NCBI RefSeq assembly: GCF_000143415.4
Contig: NW_003314301.1
Coordinates: forward strand, 4,930-68,929
Direction of reading: 5' to 3'
Source: Selaginella moellendorffii
Lineage: Eukaryota; Plantae; Lycopodiophyta
DNA: 64,000 nucleotides
Shown: in pieces, positions 37,660 to 51,162 of the stretch
Layout of the letters: every line of letters begins with the position of its first letter
How positions within the stretch are numbered: position 1 is the first letter of the stretch
Notes under the pieces: generated by a model
Database searches by the model: none
Told to the model about the DNA's origin: nothing
The model's input: the letters and a program-made list of their open reading frames with translations, nothing else
Translations under genes and position numbers: made by a program

Positions 37660-38750
37660 ATGGGGAAATGGAGCGCCTTGGGTCGCTGCGGAAATTTCGA
37701 GTGCGTCACGGAGCCATCGCTAGTGCTGCACACCTTGAGCTTCCTGGACGTCCCAGACTTGTTCACATTGCGGGCGGTGTGCAAGTCTTGGCACGATCCT
37801 GTGCTCTCTCCTCGTTTCGTGCAGCTCTACAAGCCACCGCTGGAGCCCTGGGCCGTGTTCAGGGTGCGCACGGGCCGGCCGGTCACGAGTCAAAGGACGC
37901 ATTCGCAGGTGTCGTGGCTGTAGGCAGCGTCGTTACATGTACACTGACGATCGTTTCGACTATGGCATGACACTGGAGAATCACGCCGAGCTATGGCGTC
38001 CACACAGATCCCAGCGCAAGAGGTGCATCCTTCCACTAGGCCCTCCGGGATCGTGTTTCGTGGGCTTGTGCTCGTCCAACGGGCTCGTCTGTGGGATGCT
38101 CGTGGAACACTCGGAATCGACGACTTTGGCTGTGGGGAATCCAATCTGGAAGGCGCTTCCACCAGTTCCATTTCCCTTTAGAAGTCGTCTACATACACCC
38201 AGCCCTTCTCTGCATTGACAGCGAAAGAGATGTCACCAGTCACATTGTCATACTTTACGAACTGCAAGATCGAATTGTCCGCACGCAGCATCTTCTTGGC
38301 ACGAGGGCCCCTTCTTCAGCAGGTCAAGCTCACTGGGATCACCTCTACGGGGCTGACCTTTCTTCTACACCACTAGGCAGGAGATACTCCCAACTTACGA
38401 TCCGCATTCCAGAGCTTGGTCTCACGTGGACAACGCGCGACCAGCACTATGTAACCAGCTTCTTCAACACATTCGTCCCTTCATCTACAAGGGAAAATGC
38501 TGCTGGGTAATGAACATGTTTGATCTAGAGCAACAATTGTTGAAAGCAATGCAGCAGCAATCTGGGAGATGAACTCAACATCGGTGTTGGTGTAGGGAGC
38601 TGCGTGGACCTAATTCTTTTACGGATTGGGCAGTGAGACTTGTAGAGGACACCGTCTTCATCTCGGCCTTCTCTGTTGCATACGACTTTGCTCTCTCATG
38701 GAGGGTGAGGATATTGAGTGCAGATATGTGGTGCGCTTGTCTGCCCAGCC
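37660..38750 (+). pseudogene. F-box protein pseudogene
   Basis: LHTLSFLDVPDLFTLRAVCKSW; CSSNGLVCG..LAVGNP; frameshifts. Confidence 0.75.
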
Positions 38751-39362
38751 TTAAACAAAATATTCAGTCAAACTCATGAATCACTAGAATTTGAGTTATT
38801 CTCAGCAATTGTTATTAGTTTTAAATCTTCTCTCCTCCGATGTTTCCAATGTTTCTATGACTTTCCAGGTATCCAGTAGCTCAAAGTCATGTTCTTTTGA
38901 GTCACTAAAATGACTAATCCGTCGGTCCTGCGGATTCAAAATTTGGGATTGGGAACGAAGAAGTCAAACACGGCACTAAAAGAGACAACCACGCTGTAAC
39001 TGAGGACACGGCACTGAAAAGAGACAACCGTACGAAAGAAGAAAGCCTACTTTGTTGTGAGAATGCTCGCTTTAGTGATTTCAAGGATCCCGCGGCCATA
39101 TTCTCCCATGGGAAAATTGGTCCAAATGGTAATAGTCTTGAATTTCTCTGTCAAAAATCTATTGCTGTTTTTCAGTATCACACTATGCATCCAGGACTAG
39201 GTGAGAACGTTCACTTTGATCATTCCGTTCAAAGTCATGTGGCGATACTCTGAGACCCAGGTTTTTCCAAAGAGCCTTTGAAAGCACTTTCAAGGCTGCA
39301 AAATATATATGATATGGTAAGACTTGAACCATTCATTATTCATTTCTTGCTGTTTCTTTCAA

Positions 39363-41590
39363 ATGGATGCGTGGAAGTTACTTGCTGTTTTCTTACTTTC
39401 TATCAGGCTCGTCGATCATGCAGATGCTGGAGATTTAGAAGTTGAAGCACTCTTGAACTTTAGGAAATCTGTACATGATCCTCTACTGTCGCTGAGTAGC
39501 TGGAACAGAGGAACAGATGTTTGCCAATGGAATGGTATCAATTGTTCCTCAGCACTGCCAGGCCAGATTTCTAGCATACAGCTCAACGATCTCTCACTTT
39601 CAGGACCTCTTCCGATTTTTACAATCCAAGCCCTACCTCAGCTACGCAACTTTTCTGTTTCAGGGAACAACCTCACAGAAATCAACATATCCTCTTCGCA
39701 GGAATGCTCTCTGGAGGTTCTTGACTTGTCAAGGAACCATTTCACTGGGGATTTTCTCGACACTCTTACTCTTTCATGCAAAGGCATGAGGATTTTGAAC
39801 TTCTCATACAACAAGCTACAACACATTTCAGTGAAAAGGTCAATTGGGAATTCAATGGTTTCCGTCGATCTATCCTAATACCTTCTTCTTTCTTCACATC
39901 ATGCAAGAGCTTGCAGTTTCTAGACGTTTCGAGCAATCAGCTGGTTGGAGAGATCCCTGAAGATATGTTCAAAAACTGCAAAAGTCTACGACAGCTTAAC
40001 GTTTCATCCAACTTCTTCACAACATTTCGGATTGAGCATTGTACTAGTCTGCAGGAGTTGGACGTCTCGTTTAACAACATTTCTGAAACAGTTTTTTGGA
40101 ACGATTGTGATGCTTTGAAGGTGCTCAACCTGTCAGATAATCACTTCTCTGGACCATTTCTCTCGGTATTTGCCAATCGAAGTTTACCTCAGGTTTTCAA
40201 GTCCCTGAAGGTTCTTCGAGCCGACCACAACAGTTTCACGGGTGAACTCCCTACAGTTCCTCAAACCCTCGAGGCTCTAGACTTGAGCTGCAACATGTTC
40301 ATCAGTAGCAACACAAACATCTGCCTCCTAAACTCCAGACTCGAGTCTTTGGTGTTGGTATACAACAGATTGCATGGTCCGGTTTTGAGCTTTCACTGTG
40401 ATAACCTACAAATGCTCGATCTGAGTCTCAACTCCATGACAGGATCACTTCCAGAGGATATATGCAGCAGACTTCCAAAGCTTCAACACCTCATCCTTTG
40501 GGGCAACAATCTCGAAGGCAGGATACCACCTACAATCGGCGACTGCAGTGAGTTGGTGACCCTGCATCTCAGTCACAACAATCTCTCCGGTGTTATACCA
40601 GAGGAGATATCTCGCTTGAAGAAAATGTACACGCTAGTTCTTAGCAACAACATGCTATCTGGATCAATCCCGGCATCTGTGGTACAGATACCAAGCCTTC
40701 GAGGTCTTCTACTTGGGCACAACAAGCTTGAGGGTGGTCTTCCAGTGGAGCTGAAAAACACCAGCAATCTAATCCAGCTTTCACTGAACGACAACCAGAT
40801 GGCGGGAGAAATTCCAAGCTGGGTCGGCTGCTCAGTTAAAGAGACGCGGTATAATAATGATGTAACATTCCCCTACTTGATGGTGTTGCTGTTCAACATA
40901 GAGCCATCCATCTGCAAAGGCTACAACGAGGCCATGTTCATACTCCAGGGGATACGTTTCCATGAGTTTGAGCAACTTCCCATTGCAACCAGATGCCAAA
41001 CTTGGTTCTACCTAGCACCTCCAGGTTTCAACATTTATTTAACTCCAAATCATACTAGCCACTGGTGCATCGATATCTCATTCAACAGCTTCACAGGAAC
41101 AATCCCAACAGAATTCTGTGCGACTCAGAATTTGTATTGGCTGAACCTTGCACACAACTTGCTCACAGGGGCTATTCCTTCCACAATGGGCAACCTCAAG
41201 AACATTGAGTGGCTAGATCTCTCACAAAACCAGCTCGAATCACAGATCCCGGGCTCGCTTGCCGACCTCACCTTTTTGAAGTACTTCAACATCTCACACA
41301 ACAGGCTTCTTGGAGGGATTCCACAGGCAGGGCAGCTTCCAGTTTTCCCAGCAAGCAGCTACGAAGGAAATCCGGGGCTGTGTGGCATCCCACTTGCAGA
41401 ATGTCAACGTGCTGCTCCTGATGACCATAATTTGGATAATCATTCTGGTGGGAAGGATGAAGATGGAAGGATGCTGGCTGGCATTGTTGCTGCTGTTGTT
41501 TCATGTGTTTTATGGAGCTGTGCAGTATTCTTCAGCAAGAGTTGGGAAAGATTACTTCAACGGGTCTTGATGTCTTGGTTATATTATTGA
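39363..41590 (+). pseudogene. LRR receptor-like protein (signal peptide, LRRNT, LRRs, island domain, 4 LRRs, TM, short tail; no kinase), frameshifted near 39875
   Basis: EALLNFRK..SWN..CQWNGINC cap; LxxLxLSxNxLxGxIP repeats; YEGNPGLCG cap; TM LAGIVAAVVSCVLWSCAVFF; split over ORFs 39363-39878 and 39776-41590. Confidence 0.85.
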
Positions 41591-41989
41591 GTTAAATTCA
41601 AACTGCAGTCAATAAAAGTGAAGATAATGTAGTCTATAAAAGTGAATACAATCTTTCAAGATTTCTAGCATACATACTTGCATTAGCAATGGTCATATGA
41701 GTGGTTTAGCAATGAAGAGCTTGTTGCTGATTTGCATTAGTCCCTACTTTTTCATGTCATGTGTTCATGACTTTGTTTCTGTATTATATGTAAGGATATA
41801 GATATGCATTAGTTGCATTTTCACTGTTGACACATCCAAAATATAACACAATCTCCGAGGTTCCAGAAAATCTAACTTGTCCAGGCTCAATTTCTTTAGC
41901 AATTAACACATATGTCAAAACTTGATTTTTATACTTACCCATCTTTATCTACTGTTCTCTTCTTAGGTTGCTTTAGTGCTAATAGTTAA

Positions 41990-44900
41990 GATGAAATATA
42001 GTATATAGTGTCTTTGCATGAACTACAAAAGATTGAATGATAAGATACTGAAAAATATGTTCTCAATCCCTCATATCAATGATTTGGTGTATTGTGGTGC
42101 TTGCTACTTTTCAAGGATTGATTTAAGATTAATGATATCATCAAATTAATATTAAGCTAGAAAGACAGTATTTCAAACAAGGACAAGTCACTATAAATTA
42201 TTGGTGATGCCATTTGGTTTGACAAATATGCTTGCAACTTTTCAAAGGTTTAATGAATTAAGTTTTGCAACCTTACTTGGGGAATTTTGTGATTGATTAT
42301 TTTGATTGTAGCGCACCTTATCTTTCTCCCCTTAAACCAACTGAAAAAGGGGCAATTGCTTGATGAGAGAGCCTTTAGTGACTATTTTATCTCTATTTAT
42401 CCCCCAAAGTTCCAAGGATCCACGGTGACAGTATATCTAAATCTCATCCCATGATCACATGCACTACACTCATCCCCCCTTTAGAGATGTCAATGTCTTC
42501 ATTGACTATTGACTAACAATCTTTACTGAGCCAAGGGGAACCAACACCTCCATTTCCGCATTGAATTTACTAATCCTTCCATTGTATAGATTAACTATTC
42601 CATGTGAAGCAATTAATCATCACCCGTATTGCAGTCCCATGGTGGATATTTTTGTCCGTGGATACTCCACACAAAAGGAAGGACGTACGCATGGATGCCC
42701 AATATGTACGATTTCAAATTTAGAGGTAGGAATATACCTTGCTCAAGGGTATATTATATTTTTTAAATAACCACTAATCAATGGGAATCAAACCCGTGCC
42801 ATTTGCTTCGATACCATATGTAACGCACTTTATTTCTCTACTGGAAAAAGGGCAATTGCTTGATGAGAAAACTCTTAATAGCTATTTTATCCCCATTTAT
42901 CCCCCAAGGTTTCAAAGATCTACGGTGACAATATATCTAAATCTTATTCCATGATCATATGCGTTATATTGATGATATCTTGGTATTTAGTGTTACCTTA
43001 GAAAAGCATGAAATGCATGTGAAACAAAGTGTTGGAATTCTTGAAAGACAACAAGAAATTGAATATCTTAAGCATTTGATTTTAGTGCATGGATTGAGAG
43101 TTGATCTAGCAAAGATCAAGGTTGTGGTTAAGTAGTATATATCACCTACTCCCTTAGCTGATCTTCTCCAAAACACATTGAAGCATACTATTATATATAA
43201 TTGGGATGCAAAATGTCAAATGGCATTTATACAGTGGAAATAGTATTGTGTTTCTGCTTCAGTGTGGGCATCTTCTTGACACAACAAAATTAGCTGACTT
43301 GTGACAAGGAGTTATATGATATAGTTAATGCTATGAAGAAATGATGACATTATTTATATGGATTGGAGTTCTATATAGATTCAGACTATTAGTCTCTCCA
43401 ATATTTTATTTATCAAACAAATCTTCAAGGCCACTTTGCATGTTGGTAAGAGTTCTTGTAGGAAATGTTAGTTAAGATCCAATATCGATGAGGGGTGACA
43501 ATAAGGTGGTTGATGCATTACCTAGGATAGTGAATTATATCTCGTTTGTGAAATTATATAGTGATCTTTTGGATGAGCTTAAGGAGTTTGTTGACTTCAA
43601 ATCCTTTATCATTAATATGCACATGAAGATTTGAAGAGGGATGCTTCTATTGTTGTGAAGGGGGACAATTTTATGTCATTTGAGATACAAGATGGAATCT
43701 TGGTGAAGAAGGGTTATATAGTGGTTCCTTATGTTGATAAGCTCATCAAAAGGATTTTGGTGGAGTGTCATGATATGCCAAATGTTGGGCATCCAAAGGT
43801 ATTAAGGGTGCATATGTTGGTAAAAACACATTTGTTTTGGCTTGGGATGAAGTTAGATGTAGAAAAGTATATATACAATTGTTTGACCTACTAGGTAATT
43901 AAATCTGATCATTAGAAGCTCATTGACCTTTACCATCCTCTACGTATACTTGAGCATAAGTGGGATAGCATCTCGATGAACTTTATCACTAATTTGCCCA
44001 AAACCTTTCAAGAAAATGATATTATTTGGGTTGATATGAATTGTTTGATGAAGATTGGCTCACTTTTTCCCCATGAAGACAAGTCTTAAAGCTTTTGATC
44101 TTCCTTAGTTATTTGTAAACTAATTATTTAGTCTGTATGGTTTGCTAGGTGATATTATAAGTGATTGGGATCTCAAATTCATGTCAAAGTTTTAGCAAAT
44201 AGTATTTGAAAAATTAGAGACTAAGTTGAACATGAGTAGAGGTGAGCATCCACAATTTGATAGATAAACAAAGGGCATAAATCAATTGTTGGAAGATATG
44301 CTATGATCATTTATGGGAAACTTGATTAAGCAAGATGTATGGGAGAAGTATTTACCTTTGCTTCAATTTGCTCACAATAGACTAAATAATTGGCTATTGA
44401 CATATCTTTATTTATGGTGATATATAGCTGCAAGCCAAGGTCTCTTGTGGGTTTGAGTTTAGCTTTAGTTCAAGTGCTTTTTGCTTGTGATTTCCTAGAG
44501 GATATACAAGACAAACTTAAGTTGGCAAAGTTGAATATAAGGCAAACTCAAGATCGAGACAAGAGATTAACTGATAAGCATTATCATCATTAGGAATAAA
44601 AAGTTGGTGATAAGGTTTTCCTTAAGTTGTCTAATATGCTCAGGTCTCTCAAAGGAGGTAGTAATATTAAGTTGTCTTTGTAGTATTATAGGCTTTGTGC
44701 AATTTTGCAATGTGTGGGAGATCTTCCTTACATTTTAGACTTGCTAGCTAGCTCTAAAATTCATTCGAAGTTCCATGTGAGCAAGTTAAAAACATGTTTA
44801 TACTTTAGCAATATCTTGGATTAGCTCATCATCCAGGTTCTAGAGATTGATGCTGAGAAAAGCTAGTCTAGCATATATTCTTGTTCAAAGGTTGGTGAAA

Positions 44901-45466
44901 ATATGCTATAAAACGACTCAGGAATTGTCAATTCAATAGAATGGCTATTCTAGTGATGAAACTACATAGGAAACTAAAGATGAGATGAAAAGAATATTTC
45001 CAAGTTTTGACTATGATTTGGACAATATTCCTAAGGAAGGGGAGAAGTAATTTTTATACCATATAAGTCATTTTACTCTTGTTATTTCTCTTGTTTTTAT
45101 GACTGTATCATCATACTTGCCATTTCCCTCTATATTTACTGGAGGTATATTTGGCCGTATTTGCTTCTTATAGGATTCAAACCCTGGACCTATAGTGACA
45201 AGATTCGAACCCAAGATTTACCATGCATGTGCATACATACATGGGCATCCAAGATTGGTATGGACCCATGCCTAAATTAGTTTCCTGGATTAGCTCAAGA
45301 ATTGATCAGATTAGTTTCCAAGGACTCTATAAAAGTAGAGTTTTTAGGACTTTGTATTTAGAGTGTTCAACATAAACTTTTTTTCCTTAATCTTTTCCTT
45401 TGTATTTGTCTTTTGATTTTGTCTTTTTCCTTATCATCTCTTTCTCTCACTGACGAGTTCCTAACA
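41990..45466 (+). mobile_element. Degenerate chromovirus-type gypsy pol (RT, RNaseH, integrase, chromodomain), PPT and probable 3' LTR
   Basis: LVMPFGLTN, YFD|DILVFS, ILVECHDMPNVGHP, WDSISMNFITNLP, GYSSDETT*E..FP; PPT AAGGAAGGGGAGAAG at ~45033-45047; right boundary approximate. Confidence 0.85.
42307..42968 (-). mobile_element. TRIM (terminal-repeat retrotransposon in miniature)
   Basis: ~155-bp direct repeats at 42307-42468 and 42819-42968; iMet-type PBS at 42805-42816; PPT ~42469-42483; TSD TTGAT. Confidence 0.88.
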
Positions 45467-45859
45467 GTTTGAACACTCTGATATCCATGGCTTCCTCTTG
45501 TTCAGCTTCAATCATATCTTAATATTCTACAGAAGTCATATCAAATGTTAGAACAATCCAACACTACTCTTCAGTCATAACTCTAGCAAGTTCTTCAACA
45601 CCAACAATGGCTCCCTTCCTTAGAATTGAAGATTGGTATGCCAACAAAAATTGATGGTATATGATCTAAGTTTCATGGATTTCTCAACCAAGTGAAGCTT
45701 CGAATCGTTATGTAGCTTGCTTGCTATTTCATTGCAACTTCTTGTGTAGGATTGATCAGATCTCTTCTCACTGGAACTCCTCTTTCTTGGTTCTCCGCTC
45801 TTTTTAAGAAGAATAATCCTGTCCTCCAAGATTTTGATCTTTTTATTCAATGCTTCATT

Positions 45860-46340
45860 AGTATGTTCAGCGATACTGATTGAGAGTACATCACCATCAA
45901 CAATTTACAGCAATTATGCCAAGGCTCTAAGTCTACATCCACCTATGCTTCTGAGTTCTAGATGGTTGCCACTGACATCTTGTGGGATGATGCAACTCTC
46001 AAAGAACACTTTCGGCTTGGTTTGTGTGATGATATGAAAGATTTGATGCTTTCTCATCCAGATCCTACATCTCTCATGATGGGCATCAATCTTGCTGTTT
46101 GGTGTGATAATTGACTTCAAGAATGTCGGCTGGAACGACATCCAAATTTTGTTTCATGTGCAGCACCCCTGGTTTTTGAGAACCCCGTACATGAGCTAGG
46201 TGCAGTTCCAATGGAGATTGGAGCTACCCGACGGTGACGTCTTTCTCATGCTAAGAGACAACATTGGATTGAGAACCACTTATGTATGTATTATGGAGAT
46301 GTAGATCACATCCGGCAACAGTGTCCTCATCTTCCATCAA
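45860..46340 (+). mobile_element. Gypsy gag fragment from a different family
   Basis: STYASEF, WDDATLKEHF, GAVPMEIG and a degenerate zinc knuckle. Confidence 0.7.
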
Positions 46341-46364
46341 GATCACAAGCACAAAGACCCCAGG

Positions 46365-46980
46365 ATTTTCTCCGTTCTCTACACTAGCATCTCCCTCTAA
46401 CATTATAACTGAGTCTGTGTTTAGGAAGTTCTTCCCATCCAACTTTGAGTCCTTTCTAAACATACATTGATTTCATTGCGCAACAAAATACTATCCCACG
46501 TTTGGAAGCTCAGGGAGTTTTGATGTTCAAAAGAGGGAACTGGCTGCCTACTTTGCAAATGTGAAGCAGGAAACTGGAAGTAAATTCACATAGCATTTAT
46601 CCATTAATCTCATACTACGGAAGAGGACATTTGCAGCTCACCTGGTAAGTTGGAAATGTTATATTCAAAATTTAAAGAGTATATATATACAGGAATTACA
46701 ATTACGATGCTTCTGGAAAGGCTTTCAACATGAACCTCCTCCAAAATCTAGACCAGGTTGCTCAGAATGGCGTCCTTTAGTGGAGGTCATCAATGTGGTT
46801 TTGGATGCAAAATTCGAATTGCCACACCGCAATAACATAGAACCAAGGATTTGGAGCTACAATTCGAGCCATCAATGGAGGTCAGGATTGTGGCAAGGGC
46901 AGTGAGACACATGCACAGAACCATATCAATTATTACAAGGACTTTGCTCACAGTTGGGTGTTTCATCAGGCTGTGCTTAA
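46365..46980 (+). pseudogene. GH19 chitinase pseudogene
   Basis: Homologous to 60830-61580; most of exon 2 deleted; stops; no start. Confidence 0.88.
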
Positions 46981-47253
46981 ACAAATGTTTTTAAAAGTTA
47001 TTATTAATCAACTAATTAGTAATTAATTATAAGTTATGATGATGCTTTTCAACCTAAAGCTTCAAGTTTCCCTGCTAGAACATGAAGGACAAGAAGACTT
47101 AGCGAGAGAGGGGGATAGAGCATGTATACCAAGGTGTGGCAATAAAGAGACTTATTTGGAGATCATCTTTGAGTTTTAAGACAACAATCATATCATTTCT
47201 GCAGCTCTAGAAACGATCAGCGACATCAAGTGCTCACTCAACAGTTGATTATC

Positions 47254-47965
47254 ATGGAGTTCTTGTCAATTGCGGCAGTTCTAGTGATTGCTGAGTTATT
47301 TGCTCCAGGCTTGGGTTTCCAGTGTCCAAAAGCCATGTTCTGGTTTGGGGATTCTATTGTCGATACAGAGAATGTTCAAGCAGCAGCTCCGTTTATTAGT
47401 GCCGCAGAGTATAAGCCTTATGGCATGACTTTCTTCAGTAAGCCATCAAAGAGATACTCAGATGGTCGTGTGGTTGTCGACTTTTTTGGTAATTGTGTGT
47501 GTTGATTAAACAGCATTTGATGTTATTTGTGAATGTTTTTGCAGCGGAGGCTTTTGAGTATGATAGATTCCTGGATAACATTTTGCAAAGTATTAACTTG
47601 AATTATGCCAATGGGGTGAATTTTGCGGTCTCTGGAGCAACTGCTTTGAACACCAGCCTCGAAGTTCCACTGTACCTTCCAGTTCAGATTGACCAGTTTC
47701 TGAGGTTCAAGCAAGATGCTTACTACAGCAGACATGGTAAAGGTAATGATTCTTCTCAGACTTTGCAAAGGTAGTGTCATTCATGGATTCTTCTGTAGGG
47801 ATGTAAAAGCTAGTTCCTTATTATCATCATCTAAAGACTGCTCTGTATGTGGTTGTCATAAGTATTAATGACCTCAATTCCTACTTGTTGGAGCAAAGAA
47901 GCCCTGAGAATGTAACAGTTGAGGTTGTTCCATATGTTGTGAGAGCCATACCAACCTGATGCATA
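47254..47965 (+). pseudogene. GDSL esterase/lipase, truncated duplicate
   Basis: FWFGDSIVDT, PYGMTFF..RYSDGR, GVNFAVSGA; third exon disrupted, 3' end missing. Confidence 0.8.
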
Positions 47966-48074
47966 GTTTAGCTCCCGCTTGCATTCATGTATTTGTTCTG
48001 TGTCCAACTTAGGTCTAAGCTCAAGTTCCACACTATATTAGTTGGTGGAGTACTTATATCCTTGCGTTAAGCTA

Positions 48075-48400
48075 CCAATATGTTGAAATAGTGCCAAACT
48101 TCATTTGACTCCATTTTACGATTCTTGAGCGTATAGTCTAAGGAACGAAGGGACAAAAGCTCAGAGCGACTTAGAATAATTTTAGAGCATTTAGTATTCT
48201 AATGCCAAAACTAACACACTTCGTGCTTCAATTATTTCGCTCATTAACTCCATATTTAGGAGTTTGGCTCCATTCCTTTGTTCAATGGCCCAAAACCCTG
48301 AAACTTGGGTTCTGCTCCATTATCCTTAGACATGTGACATATGACATGTGATTCTATGGTAAATCACTATAGGATAAAAGGTGAAACCATATGTGTTACA
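48075..48400 (+). mobile_element. Fragment of an LTR B-like sequence in opposite orientation
   Basis: Reverse complement begins TGTAACACATATGGTTTCACC, similar to 17260. Confidence 0.7.
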
Positions 48401-48439
48401 ACTTTATTATTGCCTCTATACTTATATTAGATTTTAGCA

Positions 48440-49975
48440 CACATTTCCTACAAGAACTTCTGCCAATGAGTAAGGTGGCCTTGAAGGTCCTTTTAATGAT
48501 TGAAATACTGAAGAGACTGATGGTTTGAATCCACAATAATTGTTATACTGATAAATGTAGAATTAATATAAATAAAAAACTGTGTTGAATATTTAGTAGT
48601 TTTTAAACCTTTTCACTATTTTAGTGGAAGTCTAATCTATATAAATAATGTTGCCATTCCTTCACAACATACAACTCCTTATCTCAAGTAGGCCAATTCC
48701 ATTGTATAATATCAAACTTTGTGGCTCATGACTGTGAAAGAATGCCTAACTTGAAGCAACAGAACCCTAATAACAATATCACTCATATTATTGCTTATCA
48801 TTATTTATTAATCACTTTAGCATTTGTTAACCCATTTAGAATAATCCTTACTTTGATGTTGAGCCTTGTGGCAATGAAAACAATTGCCCTTTACCTTGTC
48901 CATTTCTCCGTGGTCTAAATGAAATTTCTTAGCCTTATTGCCATCTCCATATTTTGAGCCATGCAATGGGTATTTCTTCCCTGAATATGAAACATTGGTA
49001 GGCTGGTCATCACATTGACTACCCCATAGACCATCCCATTGACCTGAGTTGACTAATGGTTTTGGAGAAAAGATCTAAACCTTAATAATAGCATCAGTCA
49101 ATGTTTTTAGAAAATCCTTCTTGACATTTTGGTGCACATCCATTGAGCTCAAACTTTTGATAAAACATTGCACCTTTAACAATTCATTAAAGGTACTTAT
49201 AAAACTAAGGCAAAGATCATAGAATTGATAGGCATATGCATCCAAAGATAAAGTCCTTTGCCTGATCTCTAGTAGCTGGTTTATGAGATCAACATCTTTA
49301 AACTTCTTGACAAATGAAGCGTAAAAAATCTTTTTCAAATCACTTTAAGAAGTTCACTTAGAATTAACTTTGATGTAATTCTTCCACCACAAAGAAGCAT
49401 GGCCTGTCAGCTTTGTCATAAAAATAAATAAATTTTCACCTTATCCTCACAAGGATTGTGAGACCAACAACTTTCCCACAATGTCAACCAAGAATCAACT
49501 TTTTATCTATCACAAATATTTGGTGATAACTTCCATTCCACAATACTATAATTCTTGACATGTTTAATGTACCAATGGTAATCACGAATATGAGATTGAT
49601 TCAACCCTTCAAGGTTCATATGAAATAAGAAATCTTTAATGAAATTAATGGAATCCTTAACCTTCTTAATGACGTTCTGAACCTCAATAATCTAGTGACT
49701 ATACTATACTACAACACCATCAAGAGTTTTTTCCTCATCATCATGATTGTCATCACTAACACCATACACTTCATCAAGATCTATATCCCACTCATTTGCC
49801 ATCCCCAAAAAAACATGTTATTCCAATACCTATAAAATTAACAAGGAGTAAACCCTAGGCCAATCTCCCAACCCTTAATGCATTACAGCCTTAAAGCCAT
49901 AAAATATTCTTAGAATATTCCTGTGATTTGTTCTGGCAGATTGTAAATGTAATTGCTCTTAGGGGATTGGATCAG
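48440..49975 (-). mobile_element. Duplicate of the deleted gypsy remnant, without the element B insertion
   Basis: Colinear with 8100-8299 plus 18386-19670. Confidence 0.82.
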
Positions 49976-50087
49976 CCTCTGCAGAAACGTCCCATTGAGT
50001 AGGTACGGACAGTAAACATAAACCTGTTGGTAACCAATTTGCTATATGCTCTAAAAATATAATACTTATATAGTGAATATTCCATTA

Positions 50088-50945
50088 TCAATCTGTACAT
50101 ACCAAAGTTACCATCAGATTTGAGCTTGCTGTTGCCCACAGATGTCCAAATACTCTCATCTGTTCATTCGAGGCTCCAATCACCTGGGAGAGCAGAGCAA
50201 GGACAATGAATGCACAGGCAAACCTTGAGCCCCCTAGCACTAAATTTTGATCCCAAGAGTGAAGAAACAGCACTTTCGTTGCCAGAACCATACTCATACA
50301 ATGCTGAAGCAATCTGACAGGTCGAAAATAACGAACACAACTTAGAGCACACAAGCACAAACTAAATCAGCATTGATTACTGAGCTATCGTTTGGTGAAT
50401 CTCCTCTGTAGAACCGATCGTTTATGCTCTGATGAGAATCAGAGTGAGGTCACTTTGACAACATTTCTCACCGTTGATTCAAATATGAGAGTAATTGTTT
50501 GGCCTCTGCAATAAAGAGCTTCGAACCAGTGACCAAAGGACCAGAAAATCATGTGGACTAAACACAAAAAGTAAGGAAAATATAAGTTCAAAAATCGCCG
50601 CCAGCCCACGTACCTTGTCCACAAAGAGCTTCATGATGTGATCTCCAAATCTGTTTACTTGAAGACATAGCAAAAATTCCAACGCATTTAAGCTCACCTG
50701 CACATTATTGATTACTTAGTGTTGGATTTTTCTGTTAAGAGAGCTTACCGCAAATGTATCCCTTTCAGCTCTTTCGTGGTCTCCCCATATACGGGTGTCA
50801 AATATGCGTAGCACGTTCTCAGCTGGACCACCCTCTAGATGACAAAGCTCTAAATGCCACCAGTTATGACTATGCCTGCAAGAGAAAAAACAGAAACCAG
50901 AAGTGAGTTTGTATCACATCTATTTGAAAGAAGATCTTCTCAATC
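50088..50945 (-). pseudogene. TTC38-like gene, 3' exons in ancestral orientation
   Basis: HSHNWWHLELCHLEGG; VSLNALEFLL; DFLVLWSL; ALYEYGSGN..LLGSKF..VIGASNEQMRVF resemble plant TTC38 homologues. Confidence 0.75.
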
Positions 50946-50989
50946 GTTAGATTCCAATGGAAACATTCAGCCCTTCATCCTCCAATCTA

Positions 50990-51162
50990 AAGCAGATTCC
51001 TTGGAATGCAATCCTTCCTTTAAGGTGCGATGTTCCACGAGGCATAGCGCTACAAGTGAGTCATTCCATCTCAAGCATTGCCTTGTGGACGTTCTCACCA
51101 AGTCTGGAGGGCTGGAGGAGGCCGAGGAGCTCATGCATAGCATGCCAGGTCCAGCTCCCTAG
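50990..51162 (+). pseudogene. PPR (PLS-type) fragment
   Basis: HCLVDVLTKSGGLEEAEELMHSMP. Confidence 0.7.

Noticed and set aside
42340-42390. Hammerhead ribozyme (retrozyme) in the TRIM LTR, or at CTGACGAG near 45450
   Set aside because: No complete CUGANGA plus GAAA core with supporting helices
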